Shown here piece by piece: positions 35,196 through 51,189 of a stretch of 58,161 nucleotides of DNA (its first letter is position 1; each line of letters opens with the position of its first letter). Under the pieces are notes generated by a model that was given only the letters and a program-made list of their open reading frames with translations, was not told where the DNA came from and did no database searches. Source of the stretch: Scenedesmus sp. PABB004 (Eukaryota); NCBI GenBank assembly GCA_014905635.1, contig JABVCE010000046.1:62001-120161 (forward strand), written 5' to 3'. The position numbers were made by a program, and so were the translations under genes.

Positions 35196-37512
35196 CGCGG
35201 GCGCAGAGGGGCCCGCTGCCCAGACAGAGCCCTGCCGCGGCACCGGCCGCCCGCCCCCCTGCGTGTCCCCGCTCGTGCCGCGGAGGGCTGGCCCCAGGGT
35301 TTAGGCCCCAGGCCGCGCGGGCGGGGTTTAGGCCCCCGCGCGTGGGGTTTAGGGCCGCCGATAGGCGGGCGGGCGGGCGCACCAGTTGTAGGTCAGGTTC
35401 TCCGTGCTGACCACGAGGGCGTAGCTGTCGGGGTAGAGCTGCAGCATCTGGCGCGCGAGGTCGATCGCGATCACGCCTGCGCGCCGCCACAGCGCGCACA
35501 GCACGGCACGCACAGCACGGCACGCGCAGCGGTGAGCGGGGAGGGAGGGAGGGGAGGCCGCGGCCGCGGCCGCGCGCGCGGGGAGGCGGGCGGGCGGGCG
35601 GGCGCGCGCGCGCGCGTGCAGGGGCGGCCGGCGGCGGCGCGCACCCGCTGAGCAGCCCATGCCGGCGAGGTTGTAGTTGAGCGTGCGGCTGCTCATCTTG
35701 AAGTGGTTCATGATCGTCGCGCTCAGGCTGGGCGTGGTGTTGAAGAGGCTGCTGTTGGTGATGAGGATGCCCACCTGGCGCGGCTGCACGCCTGCGCGCG
35801 CGCGCACGCACGGCCGCGGCGGCGGCGGCGGCGGCGGGGTGTGAGGGGCTGAAGCGCCAGGCCCGCCGCCCGCCCGCCTGCCGGCGCGGGCCTGGCCGGC
35901 GCCGCCCGCCCCGCCGACCCCTGCTCGACCCCCGCTCGCCCCCCCCCTCTGCCCCCTCCCCCAAACCCTAAACCCTCCCCGCCTGCTGCGCCGCACCTGT
36001 CTTGTTGAGCAGGTCCTTGACCGCGCTGAACGCGATCGCCTCAAACTCGGTGCGCGCGGCAGACATGGACAGGTCCATCGGCACGTTGGTCAGGCCTGCG
36101 CGCGTCGATGCGACGCGCGGGCGCGTGTGGGCGCGCGGCGGCGAGCCCCCGCGGGCGCGCGGCGGGCGGCGAGGTGGGGCTGCGGGTGCGGCGCCGGCGC
36201 TCACTCGGCGGCGCGTAGGTCTCGTCGCCGAGGCCTGAGCGGTGCAGGACCTTTGACATGAAGGTGAGGCTGTCCTCGCCAAAGTCCTTGGTCGCCGCAA
36301 CGATCTGGTCAAACTGCGCGCGCGTGACCTTCCAGCTGCGCGCGCAGGCAAGGCAGGCAGCACGGCGAGCGCGGGCGGGCGGGCGCGGGCGGGCGGGCGG
36401 GGCGCGTCGGCGCGCCGCGGCGCCAGTACCTGCTGCCCGCGCTGCCCGCCCGCGGGACTGCAGCAGCTGGCTGCGCGCCGCTGCCGCGCGCGCCGGCTCG
36501 CCGCCGCGCGCCGCCCGGGCGGTGCGTCCACGGCTAGCTGGCTGCCGCGAGCATGCCGGACGCTGCAGGCACGCCAGCCAGCGCGCCAGCCAGGCGCCGC
36601 CGCTCGTGCACGCCCGGGCGTCGCGAGCCGGCGCGTGCGCGCGCGCGGGAGCCCGCCCGGCTCGCCGCGCGCGGCCGCCCGGGCGCTGCCGCTGCTCCGG
36701 CCGCGGCTCCGCCTGCTGGCCCTGCCGCTGCTCCGGCCGCGGCTCCGCCTGCTGTCCCTGCCGCAGCTGGGCCCTGCTCCTCGCGCGCTGCATGGCCGCG
36801 CAGCCGCCGGCGGCTGGCCCCTGCACCGCGCGCCGGTGCCCCCCGCCGCGTGCGCGCGCGCACCTGTCGGGCGCGCGATAGCAGTGGTAGTCCACGAGGT
36901 ACACGGGGCGCTGCTGCAGCAGCCACATCGTGACCAGCACGCCCAGCAGCACGCTGCAGAGCGACACCGCGCTCACCTGCGCGCGCGCGCAGCAGCAGCA
37001 GCGGCGGCGGCCGGCGAGTGACGTTGCGCGCCGGCGGGGGCGCCGGGCGGCGCATTCGCGCCACCCAATTTCCCCCGCGTGCCCGCGCCGCGCGGGCGGC
37101 GGCGCGGGGCGGTCGCGACGCGGGGGCGGGCGCTCGTTGGCCAGCCGCGATGCGCCTCACCAGGTTGAACTGCAGGTTTGTCTCGCTCGCCACCTCCCAG
37201 AGGCGCCCCAGCTCGCCGGTCTGGTACATGTTGGCCAGCTCCAGCTGCGGCGGGCGCCCGGGGTCGGCGCGCGTGCCGGCGGTCGGGGCAGCGCTGCGCG
37301 GAGCGACAACTCACCGCCAGGCTCGCCGCCACGGGGACGAGCAGGAAGATGCCGTGCTTAAACAGTGTGGTGTAGCCCCGCTTCACGTATTTCAGGGCCA
37401 CGCTGTCTGCGCGGCGAGGGGCGCCAGTTAGCGATCGAGCAGGGCATCCCCCGCCCCCCCGCCCCCGCCGCCCGCCGCACGCACCCGTGCAGGTGCTGGC
37501 GCCACCCGCCAT
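33659..37512 (-). CDS. KCS: 3-ketoacyl-CoA synthase (FAE1/KCS family VLCFA elongase condensing enzyme)
   Basis: [59 protein letters not shown] (catalytic Cys), [44 protein letters not shown]. Confidence 0.97.
36685..36775. repeat. 36-bp minisatellite (about 2.5 copies) in a KCS intron
   Basis: CTGCCGCTGCTCCGGCCGCGGCTCCGCCTGCTG repeated in tandem. Confidence 0.85.
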
Positions 37513-38789
37513 GGCGCCGGCGAGCTGCTGGTGCGGCGCCGCCGGCCGGGCGTGCGCCCGCGCTGCGCGCAGCGCCGGTCGAGGGCAGGCTGGTGGGGCG
37601 CCAGAAACGGCAGCGCGGGAGGCCTGGCGAGATCACTTGACGGACGGGCGGCACGAGACCGTGGCACACAACGGGCGGGGGCGCGCGAGCGACGCGGGCC
37701 TGGCGGGCAGGCCTCCGGGCAATGTTAGCTGCTCAGCCGCGGTCGTTGTGCGCGCCGTTGAGCGGGGCGGTCGGAGCGGCCACGCACGTGCTCGCGGCGT
37801 TGAGAGCAGACTGCGCGAGAGTGGCGCGCCGGCTGCGCCGGCCAGCTGGCCAGCAGGCGGGCCGCCGGCGCCGCACGGCCGCCGGCGGCCCGCTCCCTGC
37901 GCGCCCGCCGGTGCCCGACACGGACACAGCTGTAAACGAGCTCAGAGCGCGGCGGCCAGGCCTGCCGGCTCGCGGCGGCGGCGCGGCGCGCGCGCTCGGC
38001 GGCGGCGCGCCGCGCGCTGCGCGCCGCTGCTCGCCGCCGCCCGGCGCCTGGCTCGGCAGCTCTGCACGCCCCTGGCCCGGTCACAGCGACGCCCCTGGAC
38101 CTGCACACAAGCGGCGGCGGCAGCGGTCGCCGCTCACCGTGGGCAAGGCCGGCGGACGCAGCGCGCGGCAGCGGCGAGCGGCGGCCATCGCTGGCTGCCC
38201 GCAGGGCTGCAGACGCCCAGCCGAGAGCTCCAGGCCAGAGGGCTGTGCCGCGCCGCAGCAGCAGCACCGCAGCCGGCGCAGCGAGTCAGCAGAGCGGCGG
38301 CCTTCGGCCGCTGCCGAGGCTGGCGGCGCCCAGCCTGCCGCTGGCGCTGCCGGCGGCGAAAAAACGCTCTCCCCGCGATCGCAGGAGCGCCCTGACTGGA
38401 TCGGGCGCTCGACAGCAGCGCTGGACGGCTAGACAATCGCGCCCGCTGCTGCCGCGCCGCATCGGCGTCGGCGCGGCGCAGGCAGCTCCCCGCACCCTTC
38501 GTAGAGTCATTAAGGGTCTGAACGCGCAGCTAGCGCGACCCGCGGACCATCTTCGGCGGGCAACTGCGCAAAACTCGCGCCTCCTCACCTCCTCGGGGCC
38601 TCCCGCTTATACGCCTGCCAGGCGGTCGCGCCGGCAGCCCGGAAGTGACGGCAGAGCTCGCTACCACACACTCAGCGTGCGCCTGTCGCCGCCCGTCCCC
38701 CCGCGCCGCGCCCGGCAGCCCGCGCGCGCGCACCGCATCGCCTCTCCGCAGATAGCGGCCGCCGGCCAGGGCCAGGCCAAGCAGCAGCC

Positions 38790-39993
38790 ATGAGGATGTC
38801 CAGCAGCTCCAAGGCTACGGCCCTGCTGCTGCTGGTGTCGCTGCAGGTGCGCGCCGCGCCGGGGCGCCCGGCCGAGCCCGCAGTTGCGAGCGCTGCGTGC
38901 GCGCAGGGCCCGCCAGCTGCCGCGCAGCACCGCGTCGGGCGTAGAGCCTCTTTCACAGCCCCGGCGCGGGCGGCCAGGGCTCGGCCGGCCCAGGCGGCCG
39001 CGCGGGCGCGCGGTCCCATCTGACTCCCACCCCTCCCTCGCGCGCGCCTCGCACCGCAGTACTCCTTCGCCATCGTCGATGTGGCGCTGTGCAGCAGTGA
39101 GTGGCGCTCGCTCAGGGCGCGCGGCGCTGCTCCCCGGTCGCGCGGGCGCGCAGTTCGAGGCGGGAGCAGGCGCCAGCCGCAGCCCCGCCCTCAGCCCGGC
39201 GGGGGCGCTCGCCAGCCTGCCGCCAGCCTGCCACGCTGCGCGCCCGGCGTGAGCGCGAGGCCCGCCGCCGCGGCCGGCCCGCCGACGCCCGCCGCTGCTC
39301 GCCGCCCGCCGCGCCGCGCCCGCCAGCCGCGCTGTGCTCGCCCAAGATGGTCGGCGCCAAGTATGGCAAGCTCAACAAGAAGTGCCCGGACGGCTTTGAG
39401 CTCTCGGAGCACCTGGGCAAGGCCGCGTGCGTGAAGAAGACCCCCGGCTCGTGCCCGCCAGGCCTCAGCCTCAAGGACGGCAAGTGCTGCGCGTCGGCGA
39501 CCAAGAAGAGCTGCGGCCCCGCGCCCGCGTCCGGCGAGAGCTGCCCCGACGGCACCTCGCTGCAGAAGGACTGCGGCCACCCGCTGCTCGGCGGCAGCCG
39601 CAAGCTCATGGGCAACGGCATCGTTGACGAGGTGCGCCGCGGCCGCCACGCGCGCAGCCGCTCTCGCTCTCTCTCTTGCCGCGCCCGCCGCCAGCCGCGG
39701 CCGCTGACGCCGTTGCTGACGCGCGTGCGCCTGCCGTGCGCGCTGCGCGTCCGTCCAGATCAACATCAAGGGCCACACCTACCTGCCCAACATCATCATG
39801 CCCCAGCCCGGCATCGCCGTCAACATGCCCGCCCCCGCCCCCAAGGAGCAGCCCAAGATCAACATGCCCAGCTTCACGGTGCGCGCGCGCGCAGCCGCCG
39901 CCGCCGCCGCGCCGCCGCCGTCGGCAGGGTGGCGTCCACCTCCCGCGCTCTGCGCCCGGCCGGCGGGGCACGCGCGCGCGCACGCGCGCGCCC

Positions 39994-40032
<39 letters not shown>

Positions 40033-43026
40033 CCCCCGGGGCCGTGCCCGCGCCCGGCGCCGGGCTCCGCAGGTGCCGCAGGTCATCCTCCCGGAGCCGC
40101 GCATGGTGGTCAACATGCCCGACATCCCCAAGGTCGCGCCCGAGGTCAAGTGGGAGGGCAGCCCGAGCATCATCCCCAAGATCGTCCCCATCATCCCCAC
40201 CAGCCCCATCACCGTCACCGTGCCCAAGGACGCCGTGCCCACCATGCCCAAGATCAACACCGACTTCACGCAGAAGGTGCGCGCCCGCCGCGCCCGCGCC
40301 CGCCCCGACGCGCCCCACGCGCGCGCCGCGCCCCGCCGCGCGCGCACGGCGCGGCAGGGAGGATTGCTCGCGCGCCCGCGCGCCCGCTCACGCCGCGCCC
40401 GCTGTCGCCGCGCGCCCCGCCCAGATCGTGACCGTTGACCTGAGCAAGGTCGGCCCCGCGAGCAGCATGGAGGTCAACCTCCCCGCCTTCCCGGACGTGT
40501 TCCACCAGGCGACCAAGCTGCCCGACATCGATGTCAAGCTCCCCCAGATGCCCAAGGTCCTCGACTTCAGCGACCTCGGCCCGAAGAAGGAGTACGAGAT
40601 CAACCTCCCCGCGGTGAGCCAGCCGGGTTTGCGGAGGCGGCCGCGGGCCCCGCCCAGCCGCGGACGCGGGCACAGCGCGCGCGCAATGGGCAGCGCAGCG
40701 CCGCGCCGCGCCGCGACGGCGCCTCACGCCGCCCCACCCCGCCGCGCGCGCGCGCCCTCCCCAGATCAAGCTGCCCAAGGCCAGCTCGATCACCATCCGC
40801 AACGACCACGCCGACATGCCCCAGGTGCGCGCGCGCCCCGCCGCCGCCGCGCCCCGCCCTGGCGCGCCTGCGGCCGCCGCGCGCGCCGCGCCGCGCGCCT
40901 GTGCCGCCGCCCACGCGCGTCCGCGCGCGCCTGTGCCGCCCCCCCCCCCCCCCCCCGCCGCCCCTGCACGTGGCCGGGCAGGTGATTGACCTGAGCGGCC
41001 TGGGCCCCAAGTTCAACAAGACCTACAACGTCATCCTGCCCTCCATCAAGCACGACGGCCCCGAGAAGAGCATCAACATCAACATCGACGACAAGAACAT
41101 CCCGGAGAAGATCGTCCTCCCCGGTGCGCGCGGCGCCCCCGCACCGCGCGCGCCGCCGCCGGGCGCACGAGCCAGCGGCCGCGGGGCCTGCCGACCGGCC
41201 CCGCCGCTGACGCTGCGCCGCGCCGTGCCGCGCCGCCGAGCCAGGCGTCGCGGGCCAGCACCACACCGTCGTGAACGTGCCGGCCTTCCCCGACCACCCG
41301 GAGAAGAGCAGCAGCCTGAGCATCGACCTCGCAAGCGGCACCGACCTGCAGGCGACCGTGGACGCGATCAAGGCCAAGCTCCAGGCCAAGTTCCCCGGCG
41401 GCGAGGCGGGCAACAAGACCGTCATCACCATCCCCGACATCGACCTCTCCAAGAAGCTCCCCGCCGGCGTCGACCTGGTGCGACCCGCCGCCGCGCCGCG
41501 CCCCGGCGTGCTGCTCCCGAGGCAGCGCCGCGCCGCGCGCGCCCGGCGCTGCGCTGCGCTGCGCGCCGCGCCGTGGGGCCGCGCCCGAGTGCTCGCGCGC
41601 GTCGTCGCCGCCGCGCAGGTGGTGGACATCAAGCCCCTGGTCAGCTTCAACCACTCCGCGCTGGAGAAGCTCGGCGCGATCGTGGGCCACAAGATGCCCG
41701 ACTTTGGCGGCAAGGCCGGCGTCGAGCCCGAGGTGCGACGACGCGCGCGGCCCCGCGCGCGCGCGCGCGCCGCCCCGCGCCCCCGCCTCCTCGCTGCGCC
41801 GCCGCCCGGCGCACCCCTCTCCCCTGGCCGCGCCCGCGCGCTCACCCACATGCTCCCACCCCCCGCAACCCTGCGTCACCCCGCCCAGGTGGTTGACATC
41901 AAGATCCCCGACATCGTCTTCCCCGACAAGTTCAACAAGAGCAGCATCGACATCGACATCAAGGCCCTCGGCGGCCTCAACCTCGTGCGCGCCGCGCCGC
42001 AGCCGCAACGCCGCACCGCGACCCCGCCGCCGGCGCCGCGGACCCCGCCGCGCCGCCGTGCCGCGTCGCTGACACGCCGCCGCCGGCTGTGCGCGTGCGC
42101 GCGCCGCAGACGAGCCTGATCCCCCAGCACATCCACGACAAGCTCGCCAACCTGAGCGCGTCGATGCCCGAGGGCGAGCCGACCAAGACCGTGATCAACC
42201 TGCCCGCCAAGACCCTGCCCAGCCTGCCCGTGCCCGGCGGTGCGCGCGCGCGCCGCGGCCCCCTGCGCCACGGGCGCCGCCGCGCGCGGCGCGCCGCCGG
42301 TCGTCGTCGGGCTGCCCACGGCCCCCGCGCGCTGCTCCGCTCCCTCCCGCGCGCGTGCGCGCGCAGGCGCGACTGACCTGGACGTGACGGTGCCGCTCAA
42401 GGGCCTGGGCCTGCTGAACAAGCACCTCAACGTCAGCGGCGGCGTGCCCATGGTGAACGTGCAGTACAAGGAGGAGTGGAGCGGCGGCAACGCGACCCTG
42501 CCCAACCCCAAGGCCAAGATCATCAACGCCATCGGCTCCCTCGCCAACACCATCACCTCCGCCGCCTGCCCCAGCAAGTGCTGCAAGGAGTGAGTGACGC
42601 AACGCCCCGCGCCCCGCGCGCGCGCCGCGCGGGCCCGCCGAGCCCCGGCGCGCGCCGCCGCCGCGCGCGCCGCCGCGCCCCGCGGCGCCCGCCCACCGCG
42701 TGCGCGCGCGCCGCCCGCCCCGCGCGCGCCCGCACCGCAGCGAGGAGGCGGCGTCGGTGTGCGTGGACGTGCCGATGACGGTCGAGGTGAAGCCTGTGGA
42801 GGTGGAGTGCGAGGCGGGCTGCAGCCTCAACGCCGCGCAGCAGTGCGTGTGCGACGCCGGCACCGTGGCCGACTGCCCGTCCGGCCTGACCAAGTGCAGC
42901 ATCGCCGGCAAGGGCTACTGCGTGCCGGACGTGGAGGGCCACCACGGCTTTGACGCGTGCGCCGCGTTCAAGCTGGTCTGCAGCAAGCCCGGCGCGGGCC
43001 TGTTCGCCAAGACCTGCCCCGCCTAA
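38790..43026 (+). CDS. Uncharacterised secreted protein with Cys-rich (CPxG) termini and a long Pro/Ile/Val/Lys/Asp-rich core; probable cell-wall structural protein
   Basis: About 14 exons with strong codon bias and clean GT-AG joins. Signal peptide MRMSSSSKATALLLLVSLQ|YSFA. CPDG/CPPG/CPSG repeats, RKLM motif, stop TAA at 43026. Confidence 0.85.
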
Positions 43027-43930
43027 AGCAGCTGCAGCGGCGCGCGCCGGGGAGCCCGCGCCGCCACACGGGCGGGGCCCGCCCGCGGCCGCCGCGCGCC
43101 GGCCACCCGGCGCGGGGGCGCGCGCACGCCGCGCCGCGCGGCTGCGGCAGCAGGCGGCAGCGGCGCGGCGCGGCGTGCGCGCGGCGCGGCGCTCCTGGTT
43201 TTGCGCGAGGATTATTCGTCTTGTGCCGGGGGGACCCGCCCTCTGCGGCGCACCCGACGCCCACGGCTGGGCGGCTGCCCGCAGGGGTGTGCGTGGCGCG
43301 GCGCGCCGTGTGTGTTCGGCCCAGCTCCAGAGCTAGGAAAGATGGTGTGTACTCTGAACCTGCACTGGTCGCAAACAGTCTTGCTGCAACACGCAAGCCG
43401 CGGGCTGCGACACGCCCGCGAGGATTAATCCCCATCCCTCGCACCGCATGATGCAGGGTGTGCAACACGCTCCTGCGCGGCACACTGGCGGCGCGCCGCC
43501 CGCGCGCTCGCGCACGCCGCGCGGATCCGGCGGCAGCGTCCGAGGTCGCCTGGCTCGCGCACGCCGCGGGCGGCGTCACGGCGGCAGCCCCACCGCGACC
43601 TGGAGAAGCTGGAGAGGACGCGGCCCGGCTGCTGGCCAGCGGGGCGCCAGCGAGCTCAGCGGCGGTCGGGGTGCCGGCAGCGGCGCCGCCGGCGCGCGTG
43701 GTTGACCCGGCGCCATCGGGCCCGCCCGCCCGCCCGGCGCGACAGCGCGGCAACGATCGGCCTCCCGCCACGTTGCCGGCGCGTTTGGTCGCGTCCCGAC
43801 AGATCTCGCCGTTCAATCTGCCTCGCCCGCGACCAGCGGCGCGGCACCACCCCGCGCGCGCTCGCCGCCCGCGCCACCCCGCCCCCGCCACCGCAACCCC
43901 AGCTTTCGCAGCCCGCAGCCCGCACGCACG

Positions 43931-45285
43931 ATGGCGCTCTCCACCAAGTCTGCGTGGTGCGCGGCTGGGCGGCCCGGGGGCGGCGGGGCAGAGCGCCGGG
44001 GCGCCCAGCGGGCGCGCAGCGCCAATGGGCTTGCCGGCGCGCGGGGCAGGGCTGAGCGCCATCGCCGATCGGCAGCAGCGAGCCGCGGTGCTCTGCTGCC
44101 GCAGCAGCCGCCCCGGCACAGCAACTGTGCCACGGGCGCGCGCGGGCCACGGCAGCGCTGCGGCAGTCCCGCGCCGCGCCGCCGCGCCCGGCCGGCGCTG
44201 ACCGGGACGAGCGCCGCTGCCGCCGCTGTCCGCCTGCGCGCGCCCGCCCCGCAGCACCAGCCGCGTGGCTGCGGCCCGCCCGGCGCGCGCCGCCGTGGTT
44301 GTGCGCGCCTCCGCGCAGGGCCGCCGCGAGGTGGGCGGCGCGCGCTGCGCGGCGCCGCACGCGGCGCGGCTGGCCAGCCCTCGCCCGCCCGCGTTGCGCC
44401 GCGGTCGCGCAAGGGCTGCAGCGGGACATCGGCAGCTTGGCTGCCACGCTGCCGCGCAGCCGCGCAGCCGGTCCGCGGCCGCGCGCCGCGCACAGGGCGG
44501 CCGCCGCCTGCGGCGCGGCGCGTGCGCCGCTGACCACGCCCGCCGCGCCGCCGGCCCGCGCAGCTGCTGGGCTTTGGCGCCGCCGCTCTGCTGGCGTCCC
44601 TGGCGGCCGCCGCGCCCGCCAAGGCTGACCTGGTGAGCGCTCGCGTTGTGCAGCCTGCAGCCGCCAGCTTGCCGCACGCAGTGGCCGCGTCGACCGCGCG
44701 GGGCAGCGGCCCGCATCGGCCGCGCCCGCGCGCGACGGCGCCGCGCCCGCGCGCGACGGCGCCGCGCCCGCATCGGCCGTGCCCGCGCGCGACGGCGCCG
44801 CGCGCCTCCGCGCGCCTCCGCCCCCGCAGACCAGCGACCTGCTGGCCAAGAGCTCCGCCAACAAGGCGCTGAACGACAAGAAGCGCCTCGCGACGAGCAG
44901 CGCCAACGTCGCGCGCAGCCGCACTGTCGCCGACGGCACGTGCAGCTTCCCGCAGAACATGTTTGGCTGCGAGACGAGCGCCGCGCGCTACACCGGCGGC
45001 GTCAAGTTCATTGCCGACGACTACGCGCTCGAGTGCGAGGTGACCGGCGCGCGCCCGCGGCGGCGGCGCGCGCGCTGGGCCGGCCGCGGCGGGCGCGCGC
45101 TGGGCCAGCCGGGCGGGACGCGCCCGCGGCGGCGGCGCGCGCTGGGCCGGCGGGCGCGCGCGGGGCCAGCCGGGCGCGGCGCGCCCGCGGCGCACACCCC
45201 CCACGCCCGCCCGCTCGCCCGCTGTCACCCTGCGCAGGGCTCCGACGCCGGCAAGTGCGCGTCGAAGGTGCAGGTCAAGTTCTGA
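43931..45285 (+). CDS. PSAN: Photosystem I subunit N
   Basis: Bipartite transit peptide with twin-Arg GRRE|LL..AKA. Mature LLAKSSANKALNDKKRLATSSANVARSRTVADGTCSFPQNMFGC..LECE|G..KC. Confidence 0.97.
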
Positions 45286-46025
45286 GCGCGCTCGCCGCAC
45301 ACCAGACCACGCTCAAGCACGGCGCGCTGGCCAGCCGGTCGCGCGGGCGCGGGCACGCGCCCCGCAGTTTTGGGCCGAGCGAGGCGGGGGGCGGCTGCCC
45401 GTAACACCCCTCTGTGCGCTGGCCTGGGCGACCCGCGCTCAGCGACGGTCAGCGCCGCGCGCGCTGCCGCCACCGCCCCGCTGCGCAGCCGCCGCCCGCC
45501 GGCGCCGCTGCCGCGTGCCACCGCAGCGCCAGGCGCGCCGGTCGTAGGGGCTTTGGAGCGCCGGTCTGCCGCGGGGCGCGCCAGCGGCGCAGGCAGCGGC
45601 CCGGGCGGCAGCCCTCGTGCTCACCGGGGGCGATCGGCGAGCTGGGCGGCGCCGGGGGCGCCCCGGGCCCGGCGCAAGCTGCGCCCCGATCGGGAGGCTG
45701 CGTCGACACGCACGCGACACGGAAGCGAGCGCTGCAGCGGGAGTCAGGGGACGCTGAGTTTAGGAGGAGAGGCTGTCCTAGGCGCCGCGGCCTGTGCCCA
45801 TTCGGGCTGCACCCCGCCCCAAAAAGGCCGCCCGATTGCTGCGTGTCGCCGCGGCGCGGGTGCGGGGCAAACGGATCGACGAATGCGCGGCTTGTTACGC
45901 GCTAGCGAGGGTTCGGGGTTGAGCGCTCGTCGCTGCCGCTCTTGGCGCCCGCGCGCGCCGCCAGCAGCACCTTTCCACGCACGCCCAGCACCTTCCCCAC
46001 CTCCGGCAACCCCCACACCACCACA

Positions 46026-47198
46026 ATGGCCCTCGCCATCAAGTCCGCCGCTGCCCAGGCCGCCGTCGTGCGCGCCGCCCCGGTGGCCAAGGCCAACCGC
46101 ATGATGGTGTGGAGGCCCGACAACAACAAGTGCGACCCGGGGCGCCCCAATGCCGCGCCGCGCGGGCTCAATGCGCCGCGCCAGCGCGCTCTCGAGCCAT
46201 TGCCCATCCCGGCCACCCCCCCGCGGCGCGCAGGATGTTCGAGACCTTCAGCTACCTGCCCCCCCTCAGCGACGACCAGATCGCGCGCCAGGTGGACTAC
46301 ATCGTGAACAACGGCTGGACCCCCTGCCTCGAGTTCGCGGGCCCCGAGGAGGCCTACGTGCAGAGCAACACCACCGGCCGCATGGGCGCCGTGTCCTCGG
46401 TGCGTGCGCACGCATGGGCCAATGCCGCGCCCGTCGCGGCGCGCGGCGCGCCCAATGGCGCGCGCCAGCCGCCGGCAGCGCCCCCGGGGGCGCGATCGCG
46501 CAAGCCCTTGCTGCCCCGCTCACGCGCGGCGCCCGCGCCGCGCCCACAGAACTACTTCGACAACCGCTACTGGACCCTGTGGAAGCTGCCCATGTTCGGC
46601 TGCACCGACCCCGTGCAGGTGCGCAGCCCGGCGCTGCCGCGGGGCGCTGCCGGCAGCGCGGGCGCTGCCGGCGCCCGCCGTCAGCGCCATTGGCAGCGCT
46701 GGCGGTGCCGGGCATCCCCGGGAAGCCCTGGCAGCCCGCGCGCGGGCCCGCGCCGGGGGCAGGGCGCGCGCGCCATTGGCCGCCCGGGCGCTCGCCCGCG
46801 CAGCCGGCGCGCTGGCAGCGCGGCGCGGCGCCAATGCCGCCTGCGGGCGCGCGGCCCGGAGGCAGGGCAGCGCCGCCAGGGCATGCCAGGGCAGCGGCGG
46901 GGCAGAGCACCGGCGGCCGGCAGCAGCAGCGGGCAGCGCTGCGCGGCGCCCTGCCCCCTTTGTGGCCTCTCTCTTTTATGCCTCTGGGCCTGCACCCTCA
47001 CCCCGTCCCGCCGCCGCCGCCGCCGTGCCTGCTGCGCAGGTGCTGCGCGAGATCGACAACGCCACCAAGGCCTTCCCCAACGCCTACATCCGCATGTGCG
47101 CGTTCGACGCCTCCCGCCAGGTGCAGGTGGCGAGCATGCTCGTGCACCGGCCCGCGTCCGCCAAGGACTGGCGCCCGGTCAACCAGCGCCAGGTGTAA
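46026..47198 (+). CDS. RBCS: Rubisco small subunit (4 exons)
   Basis: [64 protein letters not shown]. Exons about 46026-46129, 46234-46399, 46550-46618, 47040-47198. Confidence 0.99.
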
Positions 47199-47756
47199 GC
47201 TCCCAACTCGCGTCCTGAGCCGCTCGCCCCGCCGCGGCGAGCCCGCGCTGCCGGGCGGGGCGGGCGGCGCTGCGTGAGCGGGGAGGCAGCAGCCTAGCCT
47301 GGGAGGGGTGTGGTGCGTGTTGGTGTGGGGTCCGGGAGCTGGCGCGGCGTGCCGTGGTCTGGTCGGCCAGAACAGGCCAAGGCCTCTCGCGCCGTGGCCC
47401 CGCCCGCGCGCGCAGCCGCGCGCGCGGGCGGCGGCGGGCGCGGGTTGCTGTTCGGCTCGAGCGGGGCCTGGTGTGTGCGGCGTGGACTCCCTGGCACCGC
47501 GTGCAACACGTCGGCAAGAGAATGGCTGGCGGCGGCGGCGGCTTGCATGAGCCCCCCCGCCCCGCCGGCGCATTTTTCCAGCGGCGCTGCAGCAGCGTGC
47601 AACGCCACCCTGCTGGCGCAGCGTGTCGCGCGCGCCTGCTGCTCCAGCAGCGGGAATGTGTCCGTGTTTTCGTGCCGCGTGGGTAACACGAGGTGCCTGG
47701 CACTGCGCGCGGCTGTACCAAAAAAGCAGAGCCGGGGTCTAGCCCTCAGTGCACTG

Positions 47757-47761
47757 TGTAA
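47757..47761 (+). terminator. Candidate TGTAA polyadenylation signal for RBCS
   Basis: UGUAA is the chlorophyte poly(A) signal; this copy lies about 560 nt past the stop. Another TGTAA overlaps the stop codon. Confidence 0.4.
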
Positions 47762-48173
47762 GCGACTCGAGCCGACTTTCTCGCGCGCCTCGAGTCCTTA
47801 CGTGTGCGCTGGGGGCGCGGCCGGCGGCGGCGGCGTGCGACACTGAACTTTGGACACAACATCCGGCGGCGGCCCAGCCTCGGTCGCGCGCGCAGCAGCT
47901 GCCCGCGCGCAGCACGCGCCAGCGCCAGCCATCGTCACATCGCCGCGGCGCCCCCGCCCCCCGCCGCCCGGCCGGTCACGCCCGACCTCAGTGCCTGTGC
48001 CGTCCCCGCCGCCGCTGCCCGTGCGCGCCCGGCCGCTGCGCGCGTGCGCGTCGCCGCCGGGCCTGGCTTGTATGCTGCCGCCATGCGTTCTCAAACTGCT
48101 GCGGGTGCCGCGCAGCGCCGCCGCGGGCGCGCGCCTCGCGGCGCGCCGCCGCGCTGCGTGGGCGCCGCCGCGC

Positions 48174-51189
<3,016 letters not shown>

